Origin: an uncultured Opitutales bacterium
GTDB taxonomy: Bacteria; Verrucomicrobiota; Verrucomicrobiia; Opitutales; UBA9783
Direction of reading: 5' to 3'
Length of the DNA: 43,054 nt
NCBI GenBank assembly: GCA_944389435.1
Contig: CALXMI010000016.1
Location: 1 to 43,054 of the forward strand
A program made the translations under genes and the position numbers. Below the pieces are notes generated by a model, which saw only the letters and a list, made by a program, of their open reading frames with translations, searched no databases and was not told where the DNA came from. This document shows, piece after piece, positions 27,957 through 37,712 of this stretch. Each line of letters opens with the position of its first letter. Position 1 is the stretch's first letter.

Positions 27957-28675
27957 TTTTTCTGAAAAATTTGTCTAATTTCTTTTTGTGTAAGCTGACG
28001 CGACTGTCCTGGCATTAACCTTTTATCCAAAACCAGTTGGCCAATCTTCCAACGTTTCAATTTTAACACTTCGTACCCAAAAGAAAACAATAATCTACGA
28101 ATTTCTCGCTTTTTCCCTTGAACAAGGGTAATGTCCACTTTTCGAGAATTAACTTCTCGCACTTCTTTAAACTGTAAAAATTCACCTTGGCATTCACGAC
28201 CTTCCTTCAATTGCTGAATGAGGCCCAGCTCTAACGGCTTATCAAGATGAACACGATATACCTTCTCAATGCAGGCCGATGGATGCGCAACCTTGTTAGC
28301 AAAATCGCCGTCATTGGTCAACAAAAGCAGACCCTCACTGTCCTTATCCAAACGACCCACAAACATCCATTTCTGCTTGCGCAAAGAATGGGGAATATAT
28401 GGCAACAGCGTATGCGTCGCAAAAGGGTCGTCATGCGTGCAAGTGACGCCCTTAGGCTTAAAAAACATCCAAACTTCCTGGGTAAATTGAAACTGCAATA
28501 ATTGCGGAGAAATTTTTCGATGGCCTACAACAACCGTATCCTTCTCACAATCAACCTTACTCCCTAAATAAGCAACCTCACCGTTCAGACAAACACTTCC
28601 CTCGGCAATCATCTCCTCTGCCCGTCGCCTGGAGATACCATAAATCCGCGCCAAGACTTTCTGTAAACGTTCCAT
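27950..28675 (-). CDS. RsuA/RluB-family rRNA pseudouridine synthase
   Basis: 241 aa. N-terminal S4 domain (RLQKVLARIYGISRRRAEEMI..G.V.LNG) and catalytic VGRLDKDSEGLLLLTNDG. Confidence 0.85.
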   Translation of the reverse strand: MERLQKVLARIYGISRRRAEEMIAEGSVCLNGEVAYLGSKVDCEKDTVVVGHRKISPQLLQFQFTQEVWMFFKPKGVTCTHDDPFATHTLLPYIPHSLRKQKWMFVGRLDKDSEGLLLLTNDGDFANKVAHPSACIEKVYRVHLDKPLELGLIQQLKEGRECQGEFLQFKEVREVNSRKVDITLVQGKKREIRRLLFSFGYEVLKLKRWKIGQLVLDKRLMPGQSRQLTQKEIRQIFQKKC

Positions 28676-28812
28676 TTTTTATAAAATATATTCAAAACAA
28701 CTTACAAGTTTTTGCAATAAAATAATGAAGACATGTATGCAGAAATCGCAAAAACAAGAGCCGGCAGCCAACTTAATTAAACTTCACAGGACACCTCCAA
28801 AAAAATTTTGCA

Positions 28813-28841
28813 TTTACAGATCAACAAAAAATGTTTAGACT
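28813..28841 (+). promoter_or_regulatory. Possible promoter of the T3SS operon (would give a near-leaderless sctD)
   Basis: TTTACA (28813-28818), a 17-nt spacer, then TAGACT (28836-28841). Confidence 0.2.
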
Positions 28842-28852
28842 AGGGTGCAGTG

Positions 28853-30307
28853 ATGACAGAGGACACTGCAGACACACTTACTAAAGAAACACTTGTGACT
28901 ACCCAAAACGCAACCATCCAAAGCACTTTGGTATTACGAATTTTGTCAGGGCCGCATGCAGGAGCTGAAATAACTTTGCAAGAAAAACCTTTATGTTTGG
29001 GGCGAGATGAGTCTTGCGATATCGTTTTGGTTGATGATGCATTGCAAAGCCGGCATATGAACATTTTCATAAAAGAAGGAAGCGTTTTTTGTGTTCCTGA
29101 ACAAGGCGCTGATGTTTTCGTTGACGGCGTTCGTATTGACAAAGAACTTACACTTCAAAATTTTCAACCAATTGTATGCGGAACAACCTTAATGGCTGTT
29201 GGTAATGAAAACGTTGTTTGGCCCCACATCGAGCCGCCAAAACCACGAGAACAACAGGACGTGGCGGAAGAAGATCCTGAAAAAACATCTGAAAGTACAT
29301 CCACTCCACCATCAAAAACAAAAAAATTCGACCTTAAAAAGGTAAAAACGTTTGTCTTTGTCTCAAATCATTGGGCACACTTTAAACACAAGAGGTCGCT
29401 GATTGTAGCACTTTTTAGCTTGGCATGCATTTTCTGCTACTGGTTATTTTTTCACTCAAGCAAGAAGTCATCTTCAACGGACCCAACGGCTACATTTCCT
29501 ATTGTTTCACTTAAAAAATCAATAGAGACCGTTCTAGAAGCAGAGAATATTGATCCTAATTTGACAAAAATTAGTCTCAGCGGGCAACGATTTATTTTAT
29601 CTTGCTATGTAGCAACCAACCAAGAAAAAGTTGAATTAGAGAAAAAATTGAAGGCTCTTCCAAGAATTTCTTTCCAGTCGATCCACATTTATTCTCAAGA
29701 AAAGCTCATAGAGCAAGCTCAAGATCTTCTTGCAGGCGCACAAACGTTAAAAATTGGTCCTGGTCCTGAATTGGATACCGTTGTTTTAAAAGGCTACCTT
29801 TATTCCATTGAAACACTCCCCAGTATAAAAAATAAGTTATTGTCAGATGTAAGTGGCTTGAATGGCATTGAAACAACCCTATTAAGCCCGGATGAAATTT
29901 ACGATTTGGCATCGAATTTGCTGACAGAAAATAACTTGATGGGACTCTTAAAAATACAACCCGTAAAAACAGGCCTTATGGTCATGGGCAACATTCAATC
30001 TTCGGATGAGCCCACATGGAAAACCACTCAAAAGGCCTTAAAAAAGTGCTTTTCGGACATTTGTAAGGTTTTAACCTACGTGGCTGTGGTCGCTCCTCAA
30101 GCCGTTAAGCGTATATTTTTCCCATCCTCAATCACAACGGTTTCCATTCCCGAAAAGGGCAAACCTTGGGTTGATTTGAAAAACGGTGAACGATACTTTG
30201 AAGGAACATTACTTCCATCAAGCTATAAAATAAAGTCAATAACAAACGAAGGAATCCTTCTTCAAAAAAATGAAGATGCCGTTTTCTTCTCTCTTGCAGA
30301 ATTATAA
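28853..30307 (+). CDS. sctD: T3SS inner-membrane ring protein SctD (YscD/CdsD-like, N-terminal FHA domain)
   Basis: About 484 aa. FHA-like N-terminus (LRILSGPHAGAEITL..CLGRDESCDIVL.D..QSRHM), a single TM (LIVALFSLACIFCYWLFF) and a periplasmic domain. First gene of the cluster. Confidence 0.7.
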   Translation: MTEDTADTLTKETLVTTQNATIQSTLVLRILSGPHAGAEITLQEKPLCLGRDESCDIVLVDDALQSRHMNIFIKEGSVFCVPEQGADVFVDGVRIDKELTLQNFQPIVCGTTLMAVGNENVVWPHIEPPKPREQQDVAEEDPEKTSESTSTPPSKTKKFDLKKVKTFVFVSNHWAHFKHKRSLIVALFSLACIFCYWLFFHSSKKSSSTDPTATFPIVSLKKSIETVLEAENIDPNLTKISLSGQRFILSCYVATNQEKVELEKKLKALPRISFQSIHIYSQEKLIEQAQDLLAGAQTLKIGPGPELDTVVLKGYLYSIETLPSIKNKLLSDVSGLNGIETTLLSPDEIYDLASNLLTENNLMGLLKIQPVKTGLMVMGNIQSSDEPTWKTTQKALKKCFSDICKVLTYVAVVAPQAVKRIFFPSSITTVSIPEKGKPWVDLKNGERYFEGTLLPSSYKIKSITNEGILLQKNEDAVFFSLAEL

Positions 30308-30311
30308 AACT

Positions 30312-30515
30312 ATGGACACAAAAAACTTTCACTTGACCGAAATGGCCCAGTTGTTACAGAAGGACACAACAGGCGTATATCGACAGAGCTTGATTGAAAC
30401 TTTGCTTAAATTTCAACAAGCTTTTAGTCAACAACCAAACGACGTACAAACGTCTCATAAAGAACTAATACAAGCTTTTGTCTGCGCAAAAACCATTTTA
30501 GTTACGGAGGATTAA
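30312..30515 (+). CDS. Small helical protein, YscE/CdsE-like needle co-chaperone candidate
   Basis: 67 aa from the ATG at 30312. Assigned by position directly upstream of the needle gene only. Confidence 0.35.
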   Translation: MDTKNFHLTEMAQLLQKDTTGVYRQSLIETLLKFQQAFSQQPNDVQTSHKELIQAFVCAKTILVTED

Positions 30516-30518
30516 ACC

Positions 30519-30854
30519 ATGGCAGCAGCAGTAGAAGAAAAAAAACTACCTAATCCACCTTTAAATGGTGATAGCGACTATCTTTTTTACCAAGCAGCTT
30601 GGGAAAAAAGTACCGCAGCAACTTTAGACAGAGCTTTGGAGAACATTTGTCCTTTGCTCGCAAAAGGCGAAAATGCCATTAACAAAGAATTAGCAGATTT
30701 GGCAGCCATCGATCCTGGGCAACTCGATCAAAGCCGATTAATGCAAGCGCAAATGAACATGTCGCGTTGGCAATTGGCCGCACAGCTGTTATCTAATTTT
30801 GCATCGGGTATCGCGACCGGTCTAAAAAACACTGTTCAGCAGATAGGAAGATAA
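30519..30854 (+). CDS. sctF: T3SS needle filament protein SctF (CdsF/YscF-like) with an extended N-terminus
   Basis: 111 aa. C-terminal helix-hairpin pattern ...QLDQSRLMQAQMNMSRWQLAAQLLSNFASGIATGLKNTVQQIGR. Confidence 0.6.
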   Translation: MAAAVEEKKLPNPPLNGDSDYLFYQAAWEKSTAATLDRALENICPLLAKGENAINKELADLAAIDPGQLDQSRLMQAQMNMSRWQLAAQLLSNFASGIATGLKNTVQQIGR

Positions 30855-30860
30855 TAAATT

Positions 30861-31316
30861 ATGAAAAACAATAGACCTTTTCCAGCAGAAATGTTTCAGT
30901 TCTTGACCAATGTTGGTTTAGTAGGAATTGAATGCGGACGTTTTCAAGAAGCCCAAACGATTTTCGATATTATCGTAAACGTCTTACCCAACGACCTAAA
31001 CGCAAAGATCGTTCAAGCTTTAGGGCTTGTTTTCACTGGGAAATGGGTGGAGGGCGCAAAAGCACTTGCGGCTATCCTAAAAGAAGACCCTAAGAATGAA
31101 CAGGTTTTGAGTTTTTTTGCCATGGTATTCAAAATGGGTAAAATCGACGGTGAAGCAATGAGTATCATTCATACGATTCTACAAAACAGCCAAAATGAAT
31201 CGGCGCGCCAACTGGCTCAAGAAATGCTAAATGATTACCGCAATCATATAAAACCAGACCAATTAAACGCCGAACAGGCTGCACGCGTTGGAAAAAAGGA
31301 GCTTTATGTCCATTGA
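30861..31316 (+). CDS. TPR-like class of T3SS chaperone (YscG/CdsG-like)
   Basis: 151 aa, all-helical TPR-like (FQEAQTIFDIIVNVLPNDLNAKIVQALGLVFTGKWVEGAKAL). Position after sctF. Confidence 0.5.
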   Translation: MKNNRPFPAEMFQFLTNVGLVGIECGRFQEAQTIFDIIVNVLPNDLNAKIVQALGLVFTGKWVEGAKALAAILKEDPKNEQVLSFFAMVFKMGKIDGEAMSIIHTILQNSQNESARQLAQEMLNDYRNHIKPDQLNAEQAARVGKKELYVH

Positions 31317-31731
31317 GGGTAATACATTATCCAATGCCTTTGCCAACGCAATGACAGAGCAGGCCTATCAAGCTGCAATGACGTCGAGGGATAACATAAC
31401 TATTTCTTCAAACCAAGACCTTTTAACGCCTGAGATAAATGTCACTCCGCATAATGCTATAACGGCACCAAAACTTGACATTGACCCTCAAAACACAACG
31501 CCAGGCGATGAAATTTTAAATACCTTGCAAAGAATTTCTGACACCCACCATGTAAAAACACATACTTTGATTCACTTAACAGAAAAGGTTCAAAACGACA
31601 ACGGCCTAAATATGTCCAATTTAATCACCCTGCAGAAGGAAATGGCTGAACATCAATTGACAACCGACATCATCGCTAAGGCAGCCAATTCGGTATCTCA
31701 AGGCGTACAAACATTGCTTCGAAACCAGTAA
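31306..31731 (+). CDS. Possible inner rod protein SctI
   Basis: About 141 aa from the ATG at 31306 (AAGGAG lies upstream). C-terminal helix ...LITLQKEMAEHQLTTDIIAKAANSVSQGVQTLLRNQ. Position before sctJ. Confidence 0.35.
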   Translation: MSIEGNTLSNAFANAMTEQAYQAAMTSRDNITISSNQDLLTPEINVTPHNAITAPKLDIDPQNTTPGDEILNTLQRISDTHHVKTHTLIHLTEKVQNDNGLNMSNLITLQKEMAEHQLTTDIIAKAANSVSQGVQTLLRNQ

Positions 31732-31733
31732 AA

Positions 31734-32501
31734 ATGAAATGGGGCTATATCAGTTTTTGTAGTTTACTCCTCTTGGCCGGTTGCGGACAACAAACCCTCT
31801 ATACGAGCTTGCCCGAAAAAGAGGTCAACGAAATGGTCGCCATTTTACTAACCCACGGAATCAATTGCGAAAAAGTTAGTGGCAAAGAAGATCTGTGGAA
31901 TGCGGTTGTCGACAAAGATCTGTTTTCACAAGCCGTTCAGCTCCTGAATGATGCTGGATACCCACGTGATACCTTTTCGTCGCTGGGAGATACCTTCAAA
32001 AAATCGGGCCTGGTTTCCTCACCAACAGAGGAACGTATTCGTTTCATGCATGCTCTATCCGAAGAACTTGCAGAAACGTTAACACATATCCATGGCGTTG
32101 TGACCGCTCGCGTACATATTGTTTTACCGGACAATGATCCTTACACCGACAAAATTACACCTTCTTCAGCTGCCGTCTTCATCTCTTATTTGCCACAAAT
32201 CAACTTAGAAGACTGCGCCCGTGAAATTCGTCAGTTGGTCACCAATAGCATTGAGGGCCTTTCTTACGACAAAGTCAATCTGTCAATGTTCCAAGCGTCT
32301 AATCCAAGCGAAAGGATTCCGCTATCGCATTCTATCGCTAAACCGCCGACAAAGCGAATCTTAGGCGTAAGCGTACTGGAATCCTCGACAACAAGCTTTA
32401 TATGCCTGTTTATTGGGACCCTATTGGTAGGCATACTCGGTGGTGTATTCTTAGGTGAATTAAGGCAAAGCAAACAAAAAGAAACGGAAGATGAAGGATG
32501 A
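31734..32501 (+). CDS. sctJ: T3SS inner MS-ring lipoprotein SctJ (YscJ/CdsJ)
   Basis: 255 aa. Lipobox LLLAGC, LYTSLPEKEVNEMVAILLTHGI, and a C-terminal TM. Confidence 0.9.
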   Translation: MKWGYISFCSLLLLAGCGQQTLYTSLPEKEVNEMVAILLTHGINCEKVSGKEDLWNAVVDKDLFSQAVQLLNDAGYPRDTFSSLGDTFKKSGLVSSPTEERIRFMHALSEELAETLTHIHGVVTARVHIVLPDNDPYTDKITPSSAAVFISYLPQINLEDCAREIRQLVTNSIEGLSYDKVNLSMFQASNPSERIPLSHSIAKPPTKRILGVSVLESSTTSFICLFIGTLLVGILGGVFLGELRQSKQKETEDEG

Positions 32502-33123
32502 AGTTATTAAGCTTTTGCAACCTATTAAGACCCTTTTGGCGGTAAACACGCCAAAAGATTTGCACCCTTCTTTTTCCAAAAAACTACCCGATTGGCTAAA
32601 AACCGCAACCTTATTCAAGCAACCTAGGTATACGTTCGCACGTAATCTTGCCATCAACAAGCAGCTTAATTTGGTTCCCTTACCTTCGAACTTATACCAA
32701 CACCCCTATCTAGAACTACTTGCCATTCCAATTGAAAAATGGGATCCTATCTTAAAAATGCTGGGAGGCCTTTATTATACCCAGAAAATTAAAAAACTTG
32801 TAGATCCTTCCTCTCAAAAGGAAGTGATCGCATACCTTTCAGAAGATATTTATAAATTTATCCTAAAATCAGGCGCGTTATATGTTCCTTTTTTGTCAAA
32901 AATAAAGTGTAATATGACCCTCTCTTCCTGGGCTGAAGGCTTGAAATTAACGGGATTTTATTTACTTGAATACCTTTGGACCTTACAACCTAAGGAACTT
33001 GCCCAACGCTTTGTTCTAAAATTTGATTCCACCCTATCATGGAATTTCTGCCACATCGTAGATTTTAACACACAAGCCCATCTGTTTAACATGGTAAAAC
33101 GGTTTGCCGAAACATCTCTTTGA
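32491..33123 (+). CDS. Possible sorting-platform protein SctK (by position between sctJ and sctL)
   Basis: 210 aa, no motif. Assigned from the Ysc-type gene order only. Confidence 0.3.
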   Translation: MKDEVIKLLQPIKTLLAVNTPKDLHPSFSKKLPDWLKTATLFKQPRYTFARNLAINKQLNLVPLPSNLYQHPYLELLAIPIEKWDPILKMLGGLYYTQKIKKLVDPSSQKEVIAYLSEDIYKFILKSGALYVPFLSKIKCNMTLSSWAEGLKLTGFYLLEYLWTLQPKELAQRFVLKFDSTLSWNFCHIVDFNTQAHLFNMVKRFAETSL

Positions 33124-33126
33124 ATC

Positions 33127-33762
33127 ATGCTCGTTCTACAATCTTCCAAAAAATTCTGTCCTAACGCGCACATCATTCGTCGTGAAGATTACGCAATTTT
33201 AGAACAGGTTGAAAACATCATTAACGATGCAAAAGAAAAACGTAAAAAACTGCTTGCGCAGGCAGACACACAAATCGATTTAATGAAAAAAACGGTTCAA
33301 GAAGAAGCGCGAAACTTTATAGAAAAAACACGGGAAGATACCGAACGTCAATGTCAGCAAAAACAATTGGAAATGCTTTTTAGTTCTATAGATAAAGGTG
33401 TTAAATTTTTTTCAGGACTTGAGCAAGTTTTTGTACAAACGCTAAAATCTTTGTTTATAAAAATTTGGGACGAGGTCCCTCCCGAAGAACGCATTTACAA
33501 ATTGGTAAAAAATGCCGTTAAAACACTGCCTAACTGCAAACTTTTGTACATATCCGTACATCCTGAACAAGTCAGTCTGCTGACCACCAAAATAAAAGAG
33601 TTAAGCGTTCTGCAGTCCTCCTTAGAACGTATAGAAATAACCGGCAGTAAAAATTGCGAGCTCGATCAATGTGTACTTGAAACAGAAACCGGTATTTTAG
33701 ACGCAAGTCTGAACATTCAACTTGACACACTTATTAAAACAATCGAAAACACCCTACATTAG
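33127..33762 (+). CDS. sctL: T3SS stator protein SctL (YscL/FliH family)
   Basis: 211 aa. N-terminal charged coiled coil ([32 protein letters not shown]). Directly upstream of the ATPase. Confidence 0.7.
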   Translation: MLVLQSSKKFCPNAHIIRREDYAILEQVENIINDAKEKRKKLLAQADTQIDLMKKTVQEEARNFIEKTREDTERQCQQKQLEMLFSSIDKGVKFFSGLEQVFVQTLKSLFIKIWDEVPPEERIYKLVKNAVKTLPNCKLLYISVHPEQVSLLTTKIKELSVLQSSLERIEITGSKNCELDQCVLETETGILDASLNIQLDTLIKTIENTLH

Positions 33763-33767
33763 CTTTC

Positions 33768-35090
33768 ATGAATACTTGGCCTGCTAACTTTTTTGAACGT
33801 GTTATTCAAGCAACACCCTCTTTTGTCACCAAAGGTAAAGTTCTTGAAGTAACTGGCAGCATGATAAAAGCTTTTGTTCCAGGCGTAAAGATTGGAGAAT
33901 TGTGTACTCTCTTTAATCCGCAAGAAAAAACGGAAACCTTGGCTGAAGTTGTTGGTTTTGTCCAAGAAGCTGCCTTGTTAACACCTCTTGGCGACGTTAG
34001 AGGTATTTCTTCATCCACACACGTCATCCCTTCAGGCCAAACCCATCGTGTTCCCGTTGGCAAAGGCTTGCTTGGCCGCGTCTTGGATGGCCTTGGTAAT
34101 GTTTCTGATACAGCCACCAAGGGCCCCTTTGTTCCCGAAACCTACTACCCTGTTTATGCCGATCCACCACCGCCCATGTCTCGTAAACCGATTGATCAAC
34201 CGATATCCTTAGGCATACGTGCTTTGGACGGATTGCTTACGTGCGGAGAAGGCCAGCGTATCGGAATTTTTGCAGCGGCTGGAGGTGGTAAAAGTACACT
34301 GCTCGCTCAAATTATACGGAATACCGAAGCGGAAGTCACCGTGTTAGCACTTATTGGAGAACGTGGCCGTGAAGTTCGGGAATTCGTCGAAAAAGACTTG
34401 GGCGAAGAAGGCCTCAAGCATTCTGTACTTGTCATCGCAACATCGGACCGTTCTTCCATAGAACGTCAAAAGGCCGCTTACGTGGCTACAAGTGTTGCCG
34501 AATATTTCAGAGATTGCGGCAAAAAAGTTTTGCTGCTAATGGATTCCGTTACGCGTTTTGGACGAGCTCAACGTGAAATCGGTTTGGCAGCAGGAGAACC
34601 ACCGACACGACGTGGCTTCCCACCTTCCGTTTTCTCGACACTACCCAAATTGATGGAACGTGCAGGTCAATCTTCAAAAGGATCCATTACCGCACTTTAC
34701 ACGGTTCTCGTTGAAGGTGATGACATGACAGAACCCATCGCCGACGAAACCCGGTCAATATTAGACGGCCACATCATTTTATCGAGAAAATTAGCCAGCT
34801 CAAACCATTACCCTGCCATCGATATTCTGGCCAGTATCAGCCGCGTTATGAACGCTATTGTTGAACCTAAACATTTGGAGGCCGCTGGAAAATTCAGAAA
34901 AATGTTGGCCAAATACCAAGAAGTAGAATTATTGCTGCGCATTGGTGAATACAAAAAAGGTAATGATGCTGAAGTGGATGAAGCCATTGAAAAAATGCCT
35001 GCGCTTAATGAATTTTTGTGTCAGGGCCTTACCGAAAAAGATACCTTTCAAGACACCATTGATCGCATGATTGAAGTTGTTGGTTTATGA
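33768..35090 (+). CDS. sctN: T3SS ATPase SctN
   Basis: 440 aa. Walker [13 protein letters not shown], Walker [25 protein letters not shown] and [13 protein letters not shown]. Confidence 0.95.
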   Translation: MNTWPANFFERVIQATPSFVTKGKVLEVTGSMIKAFVPGVKIGELCTLFNPQEKTETLAEVVGFVQEAALLTPLGDVRGISSSTHVIPSGQTHRVPVGKGLLGRVLDGLGNVSDTATKGPFVPETYYPVYADPPPPMSRKPIDQPISLGIRALDGLLTCGEGQRIGIFAAAGGGKSTLLAQIIRNTEAEVTVLALIGERGREVREFVEKDLGEEGLKHSVLVIATSDRSSIERQKAAYVATSVAEYFRDCGKKVLLLMDSVTRFGRAQREIGLAAGEPPTRRGFPPSVFSTLPKLMERAGQSSKGSITALYTVLVEGDDMTEPIADETRSILDGHIILSRKLASSNHYPAIDILASISRVMNAIVEPKHLEAAGKFRKMLAKYQEVELLLRIGEYKKGNDAEVDEAIEKMPALNEFLCQGLTEKDTFQDTIDRMIEVVGL

Positions 35091-35569
35091 TGAAGTATGA
35101 ACTGCAAGATTTGCTGCGCGTCCGAAATCATCGAGAAGATCGTGCACAAAAAGAACTCTTAAAGGCAAAAACCGACCTGCAAAAGGCAGAAGATTCCCTG
35201 CAAAAAGAACGTAATAAGCTCGACGATTTCGTTAAAAAAAAGCCTGGCTACATTCAAGCCGTCTACGACAGAGCCATACAAAAGATCCATTTTAAGCGTA
35301 ATTATGTCGATCTAATTAACTTAAAAATAAGTAAATTAGACGACTGTCAATTGAAGCTTGCAATTAACGTCGAAAAAGCACAGAATAGATGTGAGGAAGC
35401 TCGTCAAAAAGTGTTGACCTGCATCCAAGCGCTTAAGCAAGCTCGCCTTAGCTTGAACAAAATCGAGGAACACAAAAAAATTTGGACAGAAGAAATCAAC
35501 GCTTTAGACGAAATAACTCAGGAACAAGAACTTGAAGATTTTAGAACAAAGAACAACAGCGATGGATAA
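35087..35569 (+). CDS. sctO: T3SS stalk protein SctO (YscO/FliJ-like coiled coil)
   Basis: 160 aa. [20 protein letters not shown] start, all coiled coil. Position after sctN. Confidence 0.65.
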   Translation: MMKYELQDLLRVRNHREDRAQKELLKAKTDLQKAEDSLQKERNKLDDFVKKKPGYIQAVYDRAIQKIHFKRNYVDLINLKISKLDDCQLKLAINVEKAQNRCEEARQKVLTCIQALKQARLSLNKIEEHKKIWTEEINALDEITQEQELEDFRTKNNSDG

Positions 35570-36653
35570 CTTTGCAATAGATAACAACGAAACAGATCCT
35601 TCTGTCTCTCCATTAACAGACAAACAAAATTTGCTCCCGGCTTATAACGACTGTAAAGAAGATGACATAGCACTATTCCATGAAGAATTGCAAAAAGACC
35701 CCATTCCAGATTATCTAGTTACCGCATTTGCAAAAAAACTTTTCACTGATAAAGAGACACCTATGCATGTAGGCATTCCTCAAGATACACTTTTAAGGAA
35801 ACCTAACGAAGATACCCCGAAGTTACCTATAGGGTCGTCCGTTGCTAGAAACATTTCTGCACCCGATTTAAGGGAAAAGGCACTCTCAAGGCACGAAGAC
35901 AATCCTAAAGTACAGGTTGATGTTTCCGTTGCCCAAAATAAACTGGGTTTAGAGAAAAAAGCACTCTCAACGTACGAAGACAATCCTAAAGTACAGGTGG
36001 ATTCCATTAACCAAATTAAACCGGCTTTAAGGAAGAAAACACTCTCAACGTACGAAGACAATCCTAAAGTACAGGTGGATGCTTCCGTTGCCCAAATCCA
36101 TACCCCATCTGCCTTAGATAAAAACTTTTCTAGGGTACTTCTTCCCATCAACGAGGATGGACATAAATCTCTCGTGGATTCGTCTTTCCCGAATCCTTTG
36201 CCTGTCTTAGGCGAAACCGTTACAACTTCTGACACACCAATCGCTTTGACGACACAAAGGACCTTAACTTCTCATAACGCTTTTATTGCCCAGCAAATTA
36301 GAGAACAAATTGTTGACCGTATTCTGGTTTCAACAACTGAATTAAATGATAACAGGCTTGTAAAAATTACCTTCAGCCCTCAGCTTTTAGCTGGCACAGA
36401 AGTTAATTTCCAAAAAGCAGGGGCCACTTTGTCCGTCCACTTCGTCTCAACCAATGTACAGAGCATTCAGTTTTTACAAAACATTCAATTAGACCTGCAA
36501 AGCTATCTGCAAGGTAATTTAAAAGATTTTAAGGATGTGGCAGTAAGCGTTGAAGATCGTAACGATGTTTTTGAAGATGCGCGCGATGGACGTTCGCGCA
36601 ACCGTTTCGCTTACCAGTCTTCGGATGACGCTGAAACCATGCTTGAGGCATAG
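35562..36653 (+). CDS. sctP: T3SS needle-length regulator SctP (YscP/FliK-like, C-terminal T3S4-type domain)
   Basis: About 363 aa from the ATG at 35562 (overlaps the sctO stop). Low-complexity repeat-containing N-half and a C-terminal domain (VKITFSPQLLAGTEVNFQKAGATLSVHF). Lies between sctO and sctQ. Confidence 0.6.
   Translation: MDNFAIDNNETDPSVSPLTDKQNLLPAYNDCKEDDIALFHEELQKDPIPDYLVTAFAKKLFTDKETPMHVGIPQDTLLRKPNEDTPKLPIGSSVARNISAPDLREKALSRHEDNPKVQVDVSVAQNKLGLEKKALSTYEDNPKVQVDSINQIKPALRKKTLSTYEDNPKVQVDASVAQIHTPSALDKNFSRVLLPINEDGHKSLVDSSFPNPLPVLGETVTTSDTPIALTTQRTLTSHNAFIAQQIREQIVDRILVSTTELNDNRLVKITFSPQLLAGTEVNFQKAGATLSVHFVSTNVQSIQFLQNIQLDLQSYLQGNLKDFKDVAVSVEDRNDVFEDARDGRSRNRFAYQSSDDAETMLEA
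35880..36100 (+). repeat. Three in-frame tandem repeats (81 and 78 bp) inside sctP encoding K(A/T)LS(R/T)(H/Y)EDNPKVQVD...
   Basis: CACTCTCAA(G/C)G(C/T)ACGAAGACAATCCTAAAGTACAGGT starts at 35881, 35962 and 36040. Confidence 0.9.
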
Positions 36654-36658
36654 AAACC

Positions 36659-37711
36659 ATGGAGCGCTTTAAGCCCAAAAAAACTTTGTCACATTGCTAT
36701 GCCCAGATAAGTCGCATATGGACTAACGACTTGCCGTTTCAGTTTTGGGATGACGCTCTCTGCTTACTTCGACTACAAGGCCACGTAAAGGCCCCATCGT
36801 GCTTCAAGGTAAAAGGCTTGTGTGATGAAAATGAAGTTACCTTTCTGCTACCTTACGAACACTTCTGTACCTTTTTGGACCCCTCTTTAGAAAACATCGG
36901 AACTGAAGACATTGATGCCAGCTGGGAACCCTTGTTTTTTAAAGCCGCCAAGCGTATTCTCAGCGATATTTTTAATCAGTGGGGCATAATGTTTACGTCT
37001 CTGGATATAGAAAAAACCAATGAGGACGGTTGTAATTGCATCGCATTTTCCATCACGAAAGAAGATAAAGCGTTCTATTCGATCCTGTTCCCAGAAACAG
37101 ACGGAAACCTAAATTTTTTGCAAAAAATTTACCAAAAGGCTCAATTTTCACCTTCTAAAGAAGACATAAACCTTACCTTCCCATTCCGCATCGAAAGAGG
37201 ACGCTCATTATTATCTTTAGAAGAGGTACAATCTTTAAGGGAAGACGACATTATACTTTTACACGATGTTGACCTATTCCGTTTTCGGTGGATGCACACT
37301 TACTTTATCGCACAAACATCAGATGAAACCTTTACTGTAAAAACAACGATTATGGAAGAAAAAGACGATTTGCCAGTTGGAATTATCCCGGATGAAGTTC
37401 CTGATAATGGAGAGGATACAAACGAAAGCGTCGATGCAGGTAAAAATGACGGCATGGGCTTGGAATCTGCAGACAACCAATTCGACATCGATCAATTGCC
37501 CGTTAAAATAACTTTCGATGTAGGTAAGAAAGATTTTTCGCTAGAGCAGCTAAAACAACTTCATGAAGGTTATACCTTTGAATTAGATAAAAAGGTTGAA
37601 GAGGAAATTCAAATCTTAGCCAATGGTCAATGTATTGGCCAAGGCGAATGGGTCCAGATTGAAGATCGTCTAGGTGTGCGTATCACGCATCTTTCCCTAA
37701 AGAAGGAATAA
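36659..37711 (+). CDS. sctQ: T3SS cytoplasmic ring / sorting platform protein SctQ (C-terminal SpoA/FliN domain)
   Basis: 350 aa. C-terminus LPVKITFDVGKKDFSLEQLKQL.EGYTFELDK......ILANGQCIGQGEWVQIEDRLGVRI. Confidence 0.8.
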   Translation: MERFKPKKTLSHCYAQISRIWTNDLPFQFWDDALCLLRLQGHVKAPSCFKVKGLCDENEVTFLLPYEHFCTFLDPSLENIGTEDIDASWEPLFFKAAKRILSDIFNQWGIMFTSLDIEKTNEDGCNCIAFSITKEDKAFYSILFPETDGNLNFLQKIYQKAQFSPSKEDINLTFPFRIERGRSLLSLEEVQSLREDDIILLHDVDLFRFRWMHTYFIAQTSDETFTVKTTIMEEKDDLPVGIIPDEVPDNGEDTNESVDAGKNDGMGLESADNQFDIDQLPVKITFDVGKKDFSLEQLKQLHEGYTFELDKKVEEEIQILANGQCIGQGEWVQIEDRLGVRITHLSLKKE

Positions 37712-37712
37712 A

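Noticed and set aside
35780-36235. 151-aa ORF on the minus strand, antisense to sctP.
   Set aside because: It is kept open only by the in-frame tandem repeats of sctP. Its sequence is itself repetitive (TCTLGLSSYVES three times), and it lies wholly inside a well-supported operon gene.
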